This document shows positions 1 to 12,695 of a stretch of 64,000 nt of DNA, in pieces. Position numbers and translations under genes: made by a program. The notes under the pieces were generated by a model that was not told the DNA's origin, searched no databases, and worked only from the letters and a program-made list of their open reading frames with translations. Source of the DNA: Bugula neritina (lineage: Eukaryota; Animalia; Bryozoa); NCBI GenBank assembly GCA_964035545.1, contig OZ037773.1, positions 62,001 through 126,000 on the forward strand, written 5' to 3'. The number at the start of each line of letters is the position of its first letter. Within the stretch, counting starts at the first letter, position 1.

Positions 1-3000
1 CTATTGCCTCTGGGGGTTGGGAGCATGGGTTCGACCAGGTCGACAGCTACTACTTGCCACGGCCTTCCAGCATATAACCTTCGCCGTCCCGCTTCACCAG
101 GGAGACGGCCATGCTTGCTGGCCTGGCAGATTTCACACTGTTTTACTCTGAGTCGAACATCCCGCCCCATCTTGGGCCAATACCACCGGAGTTGCAATTT
201 GGAGATCACTCTTTTGACTCCTGCGTGAGCCTGCTTGTGAGTGTCCCAAATTAACTCACGGCGTATGGCAGTGGGACAGACCACCCTCTTCCTCTTCTCT
301 GCCTTAGCTGTTCCTTGCTGAGTCGTCGCCCTTCCTTTTTGGCCCGATATACGTCTGCCAACACTCCAGGCAGGTTTTCCTGAAGCCTCTTCAGTTGCCG
401 GACGTTATCGGCCAAAGCAGGGTTGGCGTGGAGGTTCTGTATAACCTCCGAGGGTTCGTCAACTGTCTGTTGGAGTTGACCCTGGTCCCAGTCAAACCGT
501 GCTCCGTGGTGAGCCAGTGTCTCTAACTCATATCGTGGGGGACCTCCATCCCTCTTTTTGATGTTGAGATACTGTTTACAACCCCCGCCAGGTCGTCGGC
601 TCAAGCCATTCGCATTGCTGTGCCTCTTACCCAGTCGATGTTCGATCGGGTAAGAAAACTCGGCTAGAATTTAGAGCCACCGGGTGACCTGACTAGACGG
701 TTCTGCTCTCTTGCACAACCAAATCAAGAAGGCATGATCCGTACGCAGCCGGAACTTCCTGCCATACAGATAGGGTCGGAAGTGCTTCACTGACTTGATT
801 ACTGCCAGCAACTCCTTGCCGGTAGTGCAGTAAATTCGTTCAGTGTGTGAGAGAGACATGCTGTAGTAAGCTACTACTACTTCCCGGCCTTCCTGCACCT
901 GCGACAGCACAACGCCAACATTCTAGTCACTGGCGTCTGTGTCGAGGATGTACTCCAGAGTAGGATCTAGTTAGACCAAGATGGGTGCCGCCAGTCGGCA
1001 ACCCTTGAGGCGGTCAAACCTCCACTGCCACGTCACTTCCTTTGCGGTGAGCCGGTTTAACGGCTGCGCTATCCCCGCAAAGTCTGGTATGTATTGCCTG
1101 TAATACTCTGCCAGACCCAGAAAAGCCTGGAGTCCGGTCAAGTCTTGGGGGGTGACCCAGTCTTCTATTGCCCGTACCTTTTCGAAATCTGTGGCCACGC
1201 CGTTTCGACCGACAACGTGCCCCAAATACTTGACCTCCGGCTGCAATAGGTTTTAGCTTCAAACCGGCACCTCTGAGTTTTTCGAAAACTTCTCTCAGAC
1301 GACTGACGTGTGTCTTGAAGTCTGGGGAGATCACGATGACGCCATCGAGGTAGATCAGCAGTGTCTTCCAATGGAGCCCGCTGAGGACTTGTTCCATCAG
1401 CCTCTGGAAGGTGGCTGGGGCGGAGGTCAGTCAAAACGGCAGTACCTTCCACTTCTACAATCCGTCCCATATTAAAAAACGCCGCCTTCTCCTGGGCGTC
1501 GGGACTCAGAGGGACCTGCCAGTAACCGCTCAATAAGTCTAACGTACTGAAGTACTTGCTGTCGGCTAGGGCCTCCAAGGAATCGTCAATACGAGGTAGA
1601 GGGTAGGCGTCCTGTATGGTCACGCTATTGAGCTTGCGGTAGTCCACACAGAACCGCCATCTTCCGTCTTTCTTCCGGACCAAGACGACCAGCGGGCTCC
1701 ATGCACTATGGGCTGGCTCTATGAGGCCTCGTTCCAGAGGATCCTGGAGCTGTCGGCTGACCTTCTTTTCCGGTCCCAACCTGCGTGTGGGTTGCCAAAT
1801 AGGGACTGTACCTGCAGTCAGCGGTATCTCGTGTCTGACAGCTCTAGTCAGTTCCACGTCATTGTCTCCGCTGCTGAACACATCACCGTAGTCGCGCAGC
1901 AACTTCGCCATGGCCTGGCATTCCTCGTTGCTTGCACAGCCACCACAGGCCGTCTCATACAACTCCTTGATGTGTGATGAAACAGTCCCCCGCCCTTTTT
2001 GCGGGCGCTGAGGGGGCCTTCCGTCGCGTCTCCCAGCGACGGTCCACGTCCTTTTCCTGGACAGAGTGAAAGCGGCCCAGCATGGATCCGGCAGGTAGCT
2101 TTATGGACTCCGTGAAGGGGTTTACGCACTGCACCAAGATCTCTCTATGCGCAGTCAGCTGGTTTAGACTGCTAGCAAGTTGGACTCTAGCGTGTGCACC
2201 TTCCACCACCCCCAGTCCGGAGATCTGGCTATTATTCACCCTGCAGTGAATAGTAGCCTGGGAGCGGCCTAGTATTGTACAGTTCTGTACTACATGCACG
2301 CCTCCCACTAGAGGACAGCCAAACTTATCGACACAGGCAAGTTCCCGCCCGGACATCACCATCACAGACTTGCTAAAGTCAATGTGACATCCGTGCCATT
2401 CCAGGAACGGCATCCCGAGAATAGCATCCTCTTTAAGCTGACTGACGATAAACGTCTCTTGGATAGCTTGATCTCGGATGCGTCCCGTCAGCTCAATTAT
2501 ACCATAGAAGGGAATGCACGACCCGTCAGCCAGGGTGCCATACTCCCCATCGTATGGTTCCATCTCGCTCCTGACCCTAGTGCTGAGGATGTCGAAAAGT
2601 TGGCGACTTATGAGGTTCGTGGTACAGCCCGAATCGAGCAGGAAGGTAACAGCTTTACCCGCAATCTTGCCGAGTAGGAAATAGCTGTTCCCATGGGGCT
2701 GCACCCGCACTCTTGCAGGAAGCACCTCTCTCGCTTTAAGTCGGGGAGGTGGTCGTTTGGAACGGTAGTAGGGTGACCTCGGAGGAGGGGGAGGCAAGTT
2801 TCCTGGCACCTGCACTGGTCCCCATTCCGATTCTTAGGCCGGTAGCCCGCCGAATAGGTTGTGGAGTGGCATAGAGAAGGTAACAGCGGGGCGGGGCCCC
2901 TTACCTGTCCGTCGCAGCTGCTGCCACCCGTAGTTGTTAGCACGCGGTACCCGTCTGGGTGACCTACGTTTCTTTTTCCATGGGGGATTCATCGCCGGCC

Positions 3001-3040
3001 CGCAAAAGGCGGAAACATCTGCGGGCCACGATAGCTTAAC
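1..3040 (-). pseudogene. pol: pol pseudogene of A1 (protease LLDSG, RT, RNase H, start of integrase)
   Basis: ORF fragments 1955-2815, 1165-1962, 971-1397, 671-910 and 251-604 are collinear with intact pol of C, with many frameshifts and stops; YLDD is mutated to YLDG. Confidence 0.93.
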
Positions 3041-3932
3041 CCCGGAGCAAGATGAGGGCAATATCTGCGGAAATGTCCTTGGTTTCCACATTCTCAGCAA
3101 AAACTAACTGCTTCCCCTGGTGGCGGTGCCAGTGGCCGTGGAGGCCCGCAGGCGGTACCTACCGGGGTTTTGTGTGTCAGTGCTGTCACCAGTTTAGCCA
3201 ACATGTCGGTCAGTTGGGCGACCTTCGATGCGGCGGTCAACTGTCCCACGGCAGCGGCCGTGGGGGGTTTGCCTCAAGATCAGCCGGAGCGACTGTGGAC
3301 TCTACCTCCACCTGGCGGGAAACCCCGCGGTTCCTATGCATCTGGTTTGCCAGAAGATAGGCTTCCCCTTCTGCAAGAGCGCCTTCGACTGTGGTAACTC
3401 CCCTAGCTAGAAATTGATGATGGAGTCTCAAGTCGTTGATAGATTGCACAAAGGCGTCAAAAGTATACCTCTCACGGTTAACTTGAGGTAGATCGCTATA
3501 CGCAATCTGCGCCAGCTTCATCACCGTGGCAATATGTTCTTGTAGCAGGGTGTAAGGATCACGCCGCAGCCTTTGTAGTCCGGCCCGAGCGTCTATGGCA
3601 GAGATGCCAAAGTTGGCCCGTAGAGAAGCAGAGATGCTGTCGATGTCCGGTCCTAACCCATAGGGCTTGGCCTTATCCATCAACGACATTCTGAGCTTCA
3701 GCAGGGCCACTCTGGGTGGCCATTGGGCAACATCCATAATGTCGCTGAACTCTTGTATGAATTGTTCCACTTCCTCTTTGCCCGTGAAGGTGGGTGCCTT
3801 TAACCGGTAACAGTCCTCGTTTAGCTCCTTCGGAGCTCTTCGCTCTTCTACTACATAATTACAAGGAACAAGATCATTTCCACGCTCACCTTCTATCGGC
3901 TGCGGGGGTGTTCGAGCATCCTCAGTCTCCAT
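2989..3932 (-). pseudogene. gag: gag of A1, frameshifted near the 3' end
   Basis: METEDARTPP...RLKAPTFTG...WPPRVALLKL, homologous to gag of C. Confidence 0.9.
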
Positions 3933-3948
3933 CGTTGATGTGCACAGT

Positions 3949-3966
3949 GTCCCACTGCTGCCACCA
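3949..3966 (-). promoter_or_regulatory. Primer-binding site (tRNA-Leu)
   Basis: TGGTGGCAGCAGTGGGAC, 1 nt after the LTR; near-complement of the tRNA-Leu 3' end ATCCCACCGCTGCCACCA. Confidence 0.88.
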
Positions 3967-3967
3967 C

Positions 3968-4329
3968 TGTTATCTTTTCAGTATTGTGGGTTAGTGTGCA
4001 ATCGAGTGACTTTCTATCATGTAAGCTAGATCAATTTCACCAGTGACATTCGAATTATAATAATATATTTGATACAATGATACACAATCTAAAAACTACA
4101 TCTATCAGAATACATCGACAGCTACTCAACACAATGTCTACAGTTTGCCACACTATTCCTAACTGACTGTTACGCGAGAAGTCACAGCTACTAATAATAG
4201 TTCATGATTCCTATTGGCGGGTTGCTGTCTCGGGTCATCTTCTTAATATACTTAGTGACCCCGTGCTGTACTTAGAAGGGAATTAACATTTACCCCGTTA
4301 TTACGATGGTAGCTCCACGAGCCACCACA
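3968..4329 (-). repeat. 5' LTR of A1 (X-type, related to the LTR of C)
   Basis: TG...CA termini; begins TGTGGTGGCTCGTGGA on the minus strand; adjacent PBS. Confidence 0.88.
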
Positions 4330-5504
4330 ATAATACGGTTATACTAGTAGTAGGTCTAATTGTTACACTAATGCTAATGATCATACCATTAGTAATAGTA
4401 ATGCTAATGCTTAGTTATACTTATACATATGTTATAGTTTTTACTCATTTATCGAATACAATTTTTATGGAGCTATAACATAAGTATTTAAAGTATAACC
4501 AAGTATTGCTGATAAAGTAGCTAATAATAGTAATTTAAAAATAATCACTCTTGCAGTTACAACTGATGATCATACTTGTGCTCAAACTGACACATTAAAA
4601 TTACATTTAGTTTTACTGGTGTCACAACTCACCAGGTGATACTATTGATCATTTATTTTCATGGTTATGAACTTGAAACCCATTATCAGTAATGACTATG
4701 AATAAGAGTCATACTAATAGTCTAATACCATATTTTTTACCATTAGTAATATTGTTGTACTAATACTAATAGTAATATTAGAAGATCAATTTTAAGCTCT
4801 TTTGATTTCACTTTGTGTTCATTTTCAGGGAATACTCAAACCAATTGATAAGAATAATTTTGATTAAATGCACAAAATCAATGAATGTAATTTACATTGG
4901 CTGAAATATTGAGTTTTACTTAGTCTTACCCTTCCTTATAGTTATAATAGCCTGTATTAGTAATAATATTGTAATGGAGCTTATACTGAAAGTAGTATCA
5001 ATTTTAATGTATGATTACTATTTTTTCAAGGAATAGCTTGGAAGACACCAATGGCAGAACTCAATAGCTAAAACTTAACACTAAGTTGGTTCTTGAAATA
5101 AAATATATGATTGACAAGAATCTAATTACTTGACTTCCTGAAAATTGATTGAAATGTAAGTATTTGTTGCTTTCCTAGTATTTTATTTGTGTTATAATAG
5201 CTGTTGATATATGCTGGATTATTTTGGTCTGTAGTTGACACTGAATTTATGTACCCATTACTTTATTATGCTGGAGGGTTTAAATCACTTTTGAATTATG
5301 ATAAAACTTTTTTGTTTGACTTATTTAGGATATTTGTGTAGTGAGATACATTACATAATATCATATTACATTTAACTTTCTAATTGTATTCAGCAAATCT
5401 ATTTTTGTAGATAAATATAAATTTTAAAATATGTAAAATTAAAACTATTTAATCCAACTGTGCAATCCATTTAATTAACCACAACTTTCTGCTGGTTGTA
5501 TGTA

Positions 5505-6302
5505 TGAGGGCAATTCAAAAAGTAAAGATAATTTTGCCATAAGTCAAGTTGTAATCGAATTAGGCACTTGATTTTTTTCAGCATAATTTCTTGGCCAGCA
5601 AACACCTTTCTGTCATCTTGGTACTATCTTTTTTATTTCCTCAGCATAAGATTCGGTAGATTGACTCAGTAAAATTTCGCTCGAAGTAGTTTGGACCTTG
5701 TCATGAGTCTCCTTGTGAACGAATAGTTTCGGTGTGAAACTTAGAGCACCAAAGAAATGGTACTTACAAGGTGAAGGACTAGGATTCTCCAATCGTTAAG
5801 GACTTAGTTGATGTTCTCAATGGTTTGAATGGCAGATTATGGCCTTCCGGTGTCTTTGTGGATATTACACTGTAATTACATGCCTATTCTCTTCTACTTA
5901 CTCTCTTTCTAAACCTAGATGAAATACACTGTTTATTAAATTAGCAAAGTTGTCGTTCAATGCTGTTACTTTCCTGACTGCCCTGACAAAAGTCTCTAAA
6001 TTCTCCAAATTGACTGGTCTAGCCGCCTCTTCTGCTATTGGCCTACCTGACTCAGGTTCACTCTCCAAAGAGGTTGTTCTTTCCTTAAAACTGTTAGCCC
6101 ATTTAAAAACTTGGTTTTGGTTTTAATAACTGTCACCATATTAAGCTTTCATTCCCCTATAAATTTCACTTAGTCTGACTCCCTGAAATGATTACTGTGT
6201 AAAGACAACTTCTGAAACAACGTAATATTAAAAAGATAGGTACATATTACAATTATATTTAGTTTTATAAAGAAATTATCTTTACTTTTCAAATCGCCCT
6301 CG
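5505..6302 (-). mobile_element. Internally deleted mariner (Tc1/mariner) element
   Basis: ~29-bp TIRs (TGAGGGCAATTCAAAAAGTAAAGATAATT / AATTATCTTTACTTTTCAAATCGCCCTCG) with TA flanks; minus-strand transposase relics FKWANSFKERTTSLESEPESGRP and SPSPCKYHFFGAL (YSPDL-region-like). Confidence 0.82.
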
Positions 6303-6655
6303 TAATTCTTTAAGTAAGCATTATGTGTGTCTGTTGCCTTGTTAAAATACTTGCCTATTCAAGTATTTTTGAGTCATTGGTTTTAATTATTTGAAACTTG
6401 GTTAGTCTGTGACTTGGTTTGCTTTGACTTGCTGTTACCTCAACATGACTCTGGTCACACTGCTTTCTGTTGTACACACTAATTCATCAGCGCTCATTTG
6501 GTGGGCAACTTCATACAATATAATAATAGCATTAGCTTATATAAATTTCTCTCTTTTTAGCATTACTTTTCCCTGGCAAGTTAATTAGCTACTGTATATC
6601 TCAGTCTATGAGCCAGTATGTATAATGTTTCCTATGATTTGTTGTTTTCAGGAAA

Positions 6656-6713
6656 ATGAAACTTTCCTGGATAACCATTTTCAAAATACTTCTAGCATCT
6701 AGCTACACTTTTG
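6656..6713 (+). CDS. IgSF membrane protein gene copy 1, coding exon 1 (signal peptide MKLSWITIFKILLASSYTF)
   Basis: TTTTCAG acceptor at 6651, ATG at 6656, phase-1 GTGAGT donor; hydrophobic leader. Confidence 0.75.
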
Positions 6714-7755
6714 GTGAGTTTATATTTTTAAAGCTAACATCTCCAGTGTTTGTTAAATCTGGTTCTTGATTTTTAATGAATCGCTCTAATGACAGCTCTA
6801 TTCCCTTCAGATATGATTCCTATGCTTACACAACTGTAAATAACAAAATGCCTTATTTCAACTTGTAATGTTTGTGAAATTCTAATGTGGCTGTTGGCTA
6901 GTTTAGCAGTGATTTTTTGACGTTTTTTATGCACCTACAGAGACTTTCAATAAATAAAACATATCGATTAAAGATACTGAAAAACATCCACCGGTACTTA
7001 GTTTAAAAGAGTTCCTTCTGTTTTGTTGCCTTTTTATGCAGTACATGATGTCATAGGTCATGCAGTATTCCCAGTTTAAATCAGTTTAAATATATAGCAA
7101 CATACCTACACATACCTATATAACGTTATATTGATTGCTAAACATGAAATAATAGATAATATGAATTCTTTGGAATAATATTCCAATTTTTACGAATTTT
7201 TGTGAGACAAAAAGACAGTATAATTCATTAAAAATAGACATTATCTTTAATGAATAGTTATTAATGAAATATTTTTTCTAATAACAAAAAGTATAGAAAA
7301 TGAAAAATTATTAACTTAATGCAGATCAAAGGAATTTATTTATGTGCTAACTGCTAAATAACAAGCAATTGATCTAAATTTATTTAAATGTTTATATATT
7401 CCAATAAGATTCAAATAATTTGCACAAAAAAATATATTTTACAAAAAATAAATAAATAGTGTCCAACTGGGAAGTGTCTATCTTGGGATCACACCTTTTA
7501 ATATATTTATAGTCTTAAAAATGTTCGAAGGATTTAATTAATCATCTTGGTTATCAATATATTTGCGTTGTTCGTTTTTGAAAAAAATGTTTTGTAGCAG
7601 TCATAAGAAGTTGTGAGAGTTGGACAAGAATTTTGATTTGTTTTGTTTTTTATCAAAGTGTTACATAACAGCCAGGATAAGTTGGACAAGATTCATTTTT
7701 CCTTTTTGCAATGTAGGTTCTGGTGAGCTAAACTGTTGAATCTATTTATGTTTAG

Positions 7756-8169
7756 CTGAACCATCTACAGAGATAGACTACACTACTCCAAGCTCACCTG
7801 ACTTCTATAAAGGTGAGGAGATAACCTTCACATGTGAAGCATATGGTTATACTGATCTGAGAAGCTTACGGTTACGATATGAAGCTGATGGAGGCAGTAC
7901 AGTCTCTCAAAGTGGATGTGGTCGAAGTGCTGAGGATGACACAGTATGGGAGAGTGCACCATCTCCAGATATTATTACTGTCTCTGGAATAGAAGGACCT
8001 GGAGTCAGTAATGCACACTGTAGTTCTATTGGTAAACCTGAAGGGTTCACTTTTTCTGTACAACTCACTGCAACTGATTCATCACTCAGAGGGAAGTTCT
8101 ACTGTAAAGGGTTTGAAGGAGGAAGTGTGGGAGAAATTCTCTCCTCAGAAGTTTCAATGGAAGTCAAAG
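7756..8169 (+). CDS. IgSF gene copy 1, exon 2: N-terminal V-like Ig domain
   Basis: TTTAG acceptor; 414-nt open phase 1-1 exon: GEEITFTC...LRGKFYC...MEVK, with an extra Cys pair. Confidence 0.85.
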
Positions 8170-8763
8170 GTGAACACTTCAAACTAGTTTCTTTGGTCAC
8201 TGATAGCCTTTATATACCACTTTAGCATTTTCTAGTACAACTTCTCATAGTTTTTACCAACTTCCTGCTTCCTCCTGATAGACAAATTTAACTGTTCCCA
8301 AGATTGGTATTGTTGGTATTAAAATAGTATGTTTGGTATGCATTATATGGATAGTGGATAGTATTTGTTTTATTTGGCCATTGTTGGATGATTCTGTCCA
8401 ATATCTCATGAGAAGATCTAATGATAAAATTCAACTTATCCCATGATGATGGTGGTTAGTTAAATCAAAATAGTATATTTGCTATCGTTGTTGGGTAGAG
8501 GACAAATTTTAGTTTATTATACCTTTGTTGGAGATTTTCTGGTCAGAATCACATAAGGATATCTGGTTGGCATGTAGTTTTAAATAACTGTTATCATAGA
8601 CAGACTTGGAATGTTGCAGTGTTGCTGTTTAAATTTACACTTTTTATTGCTACAATTTACCCAGAATATAGCACATGGTCTTTACTGCAGTCCTAACCTA
8701 ATTTACAATACATTGATGCACCTGTATTTGAAAATGTATATTATGCACTCTTTCATTCTACAG

Positions 8764-8874
8764 TTGCACCAACTGGCATATCACTTAATAAACCAGCAAC
8801 TATTATAGAAGGGGAAGAGTTTACCTTTGATTGTAACTCTACAGGAGCAGATCCTGTGTCAGTCTATGAATACA
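8764..8874 (+). CDS. IgSF gene copy 1, exon 3: Ig domain 2, first half
   Basis: CTACAG acceptor, GTAAGT donor, 111 nt: APTGISLNKPATIIEGEEFTFDCNSTGADPVSVYEY. Confidence 0.85.
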
Positions 8875-9021
8875 GTAAGTATATACATGTCTAAATGTTG
8901 TGCAACAAGCTTTCCCAGGCTTTCTATCTAAGAAACTAGAAACAAATTAAATTTTTTGATTTAATTAACAACAAACTAGGTTTTAGTTTAGCTAATTATT
9001 TTATACAAGTGATGTAATATA

Positions 9022-9227
9022 CAGTGGTCCCTCCATATCTCAGAGCTGTCCATTCCTGACAAAGTAACATAGGACATGAGAAGAACTTGAATTTTCTTTT
9101 TGTGACTTATGTATATGTGTGTATATAGAGACAAAATGTTGGCATTTAAGCGTTCTGTGAGTTAACTCTGGTATTCTGCTATGTCACAGATAAGGGTATC
9201 AGACCAGTAGGTTTCGAGGGAGCACTG
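9022..9227. mobile_element. Small pogo/Tigger-like MITE in intron
   Basis: TA-flanked TIRs CAGTGGTCCCTC / GAGGGAGCACTG. Confidence 0.6.
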
Positions 9228-9951
9228 TATTCCTATTTAATTATATAAATATTTGAATGTTGTAAAACTCTGAGAATATTATCTAATGAGTTTACAATAG
9301 TTTATAAATCGGTTTGCTATAATAGATTGAAATGTAAGAAGTTAGATGATTGGACAAAAAGTGTCTACAGTCTTTTTCAGTTTCAATTAAATAACCAATA
9401 ATATTCATCAACCACAAACTAACTCGCCTGTTATATCGTGAAATTTTTTATTAGAATTAAGCTGGAACTAATTTTTTTTTGCTGAAAGAAGGTTTAGGGC
9501 TGATTTAGCAACTGTAACAAAAACATTTTTCTAATTTATTTTTAAAGTATTGCAGGAAAGTAGAAAATGTGCACAGATAAGTCCTGAGCGAATTTACCAT
9601 AGAAGTGTGCTTGTAGACTGTATTTATACTTTTTACTTCTTCTCTGGTAGTTTTCTTGTCATGACACACTTCACTTATGCAGTATTAAAATATTCTTATA
9701 TATGTTAGTTTTCATTTGCATTCTGTTTTATAATGAATTTTGTTCGAGTATGTGCTGAAATGATTTAGGATTTCTGATTGCATGAAAATCAAATTTTCAG
9801 TCACCCTTACCTTTACCTTTACCATTCAACCTTAAAAGAGTATGTAAATGAAAACTAACACATTACTATAAGAATCTTTCAGTACTGCATCGGTGAAGTG
9901 TGCAGGGAGTCTTTAAAGAATTAGTATACATAGACATGTTTTATTTATTAG

Positions 9952-10092
9952 AGGTAAATGGTAACACAGTGGCTGAAAAATATACTCCTACTGAGGCAGA
10001 CAGAGCTGGACTAACTTTATCTTGTACAGATACGAAACATTCTAACTGGAAGAGAGGGAATACTGAACAAACTGTTGCCATCACACCACAGT
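9952..10092 (+). CDS. IgSF gene copy 1, exon 4: Ig domain 2, second half
   Basis: TTATTAG acceptor, GTAAGT donor, 141 nt: VNG...TPTEADRAGLTLSC...ITPQ. Confidence 0.82.
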
Positions 10093-10174
10093 GTAAGTAA
10101 GCACCATCAATATTTTTCTTGTTATACCTACTTTTTGAATGTGAAATTTCTAGTTCACATGTAAGGTGCTAGAC

Positions 10175-10510
10175 CAGGGGTGTCCAACCTTTCAAAGGGA
10201 GTGCCACTGAAGGGGAATATTCCAGTGGCAAGAGCCATATTTTGAACTTTAGTTTGAACTGGGTACCGCAGCGTCAGTTATTTTTAGATATTTTATTCTA
10301 AAGTCTTATTTATCAATACAAAATAAAGTCCCAATAGTTACTGCATACTACATTTTGTAGCATTTATATAAATAATACATTTAAAAGGTGGTTTTTCTCT
10401 CAAATTCATATATGTGTGAAAAATAGTTTTATTTGTTATGCCTTTGAGAGCCACATAAATGTAGGCTGGGGGCCACATCCGGTCCTAGGGCCTCCTGTTA
10501 GACAGCCCTG
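10175..10510. mobile_element. hAT (Charlie-like) MITE in intron
   Basis: TIRs CAGGGGTGTCCAAC / GTTAGACAGCCCTG; imperfect 8-bp TSD TGCTAGAC / TGCTATGA. Confidence 0.7.
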
Positions 10511-10533
10511 TGCTATGAATTTTGTTTTTGTAG

Positions 10534-10764
10534 ACTTGGATAGAAAGGCTGATGCTCCAGATCCCATTGTGAAAGAACTCAACCCTGGACAACCTGATGC
10601 TAGACTATATTGTAGCCAACATGTGGATGCCAACCCACCACCCTCTACATTCACTTGGACATATAATGGAGTTGTGACAACTGAATCATCCAATGAGCTG
10701 ACTCTAATTCCTCGAAATAACAGTGTAACAGAAACAGCTGAATGTACAGCTGCAAATGGCTTAT
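10534..10764 (+). CDS. IgSF gene copy 1, exon 5: Ig domain 3
   Basis: TTTGTAG acceptor, GTAAGA donor, 231 nt: LYC...DANPPPSTFTWTYNG...ECTAANGL (I/C2-type motif). Confidence 0.88.
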
Positions 10765-10891
10765 GTAAGAATCAGCACTCATATACAAATGAATGAGAAT
10801 TGTAAATGTTTTTTCTAATTTGCTAATGTTAGTCGTAGATATTCAAGTTTCAACTTAGTTTTTCTTTAAAATTTCTTTAAATCGATTTCAG

Positions 10892-11058
10892 CAAAGACAG
10901 TGACTATCAAATGGAACATAATGTGGAAGGATACTGCTACAATACCCTCTCCAACCCCCACTACAACTGCTGTGAACAAGGGCGGTCTGATAGGTGGCAT
11001 ATTTTCTACTTTCATCACAGTGATAGTTGCAATAGTAGTCTCAACAGTGATTAGATAA
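10892..11058 (+). CDS. IgSF gene copy 1, exon 6: Thr/Pro stalk and transmembrane helix, TAA right after the TM (total about 373 aa)
   Basis: TTTCAG acceptor; PSPTPTTTAVNK-GGLIGGIFSTFITVIVAIVVSTVI-R-stop; GTATG donor follows at 11066. Confidence 0.82.
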
Positions 11059-12642
11059 TCAAAAGGTATGCTTTTGTTATCCATTGCTGGAATTATAATA
11101 AATTATTATAAAATGTAATAGGTGCTAAGAAACCGAGTCATACATTGCATTAAATGTAGTTGCAGCAAATACAAACTGCCACTGTGTAAAATGAAGGGCG
11201 TTTAAACAGGTTAATTGGACTCCTTTTCTTGCGTAGTGTCGCTAAATGGCAATTGTGACTGGATACCCTTCTTAGCATCACTAGCAGTCTTTGCTGGGAA
11301 TAGTAGCAAGAAATAGTTATTTATCACTTTTTGTATAAGCTGATCCACCAGAAAATCAATAATAAGTATTACACAAAACTGACATATTGTAGGGAACATA
11401 TGCTATTCACTAATTATGCAGGTATATAAGACTAAAGCTGATAACTGCCAACATAGAGTATTGATATCATTTATTTAGTAAGAATTATACATGAGTTAAA
11501 TAGAGTACACAAGTGTGTAGAATTACATAACTTGACAAATAATAAGCATGCAACCTAACTATTCAAGTGTTACTATTCAACTGCTGATGCACGCTGCTTA
11601 TGATCTCACATTATTAGCTCCATCCCAAAGCATTAGCTGCAGCTACTGATGCAAGCTGCTAATGTTTGTATGATCATTAGCTCCATTCTAATTGGTTGAT
11701 CCCATTCATTTTTCACAGAAGTAGCGTAACAATGTAGGCAGTACCAGGCTGAGTGTAGCTTAGCGTATCCAAGACATGAGAGCAGTGGAGTAATTATAAG
11801 AGTTGCCCTTCCGATATACCATAAATCACCACAATATATAACACCTCAGCAACAATAGAAGGATGACGAACTGTTGAAAACAAACAATATTCAATTGCCT
11901 ACCATCATAGATCATCTACTTGGCTTATACTGTTCAACTAGCCTGCCTTTGAGTTTTGAGTAATATCTATACCACAGCAATTGGGCAAATGTGATTGGTC
12001 ACTTGAGTTTCACTCATTTCGATCAAGTGGCATAATTTTAAGATTGGAAAATCTTATTAGTGTGGCCTTAATCCAACCTATTTTGTCCCATTCAGTTTCG
12101 GATTGTCAAGATTTTATTGTCTCTTTGATCTCATTTCAGTATCCTGATTATTAATATGTACTGAACTTCTTTATAAGTATTTCTCCACTTTTGACAGCAA
12201 CTTTTCAGTTCAGTCACTTCTATTTTTATGTGCAATGTTTGTATTTGATTTGAAATTAAACCAATTGATAATACAGTCAAATTTTTTACTCAAACTATCA
12301 TGATCTTTAGTTGATTAAATTTGCTTTTATCAACTTTTTCAACAATATTGTTTTCACTGGTACAGTTCGCTCCATTCTAATGTAACCATGTAACATTAGG
12401 CTTCAAACTTTTCACCCAGCTCAACTATACACTGCGGTTCCATGACTGCTCATTGTGCGAATGAATGTCCTCACCGATTATTTGTGGTTTGCATTAGCTT
12501 ATAGTTGGAGTTTCATTCAATGCAACTATTTCTCTTGGCCAATTTCTTTATGAAGCCTGTGCACAAAATGTGTCATTAAGCAATTGTTTCTGATTGGTTT
12601 GTGTGTTACGTTAGTTTAAAATAACATTATTGTCATTTGCAG

Positions 12643-12695
12643 AAAACAAACTCCAAAATAATGAGAATACAGGAGACCCCAAAAGAACGAGATGA
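12643..12695 (+). other. Probable terminal exon of IgSF gene copy 1 (tail ENKLQNNENTGDPKRTR*, now downstream of a stop)
   Basis: TTTGCAG acceptor, phase-compatible with the 11066 donor; AATAAA at 12990. Confidence 0.5.

Larger units (their letters stand above)
1..4329 (-). mobile_element. Degenerate Ty3/Gypsy LTR retrotransposon A1 (5' part; runs off the window)
   Basis: 5' LTR, tRNA-Leu PBS, gag and frameshifted PR-RT-RH-INT fragments in Gypsy domain order. Confidence 0.95.

Noticed and set aside
10416-10796. Stand-alone 126-aa ORF
   Set aside because: The first part is hAT MITE and intron sequence; only 10534-10764 is an exon.
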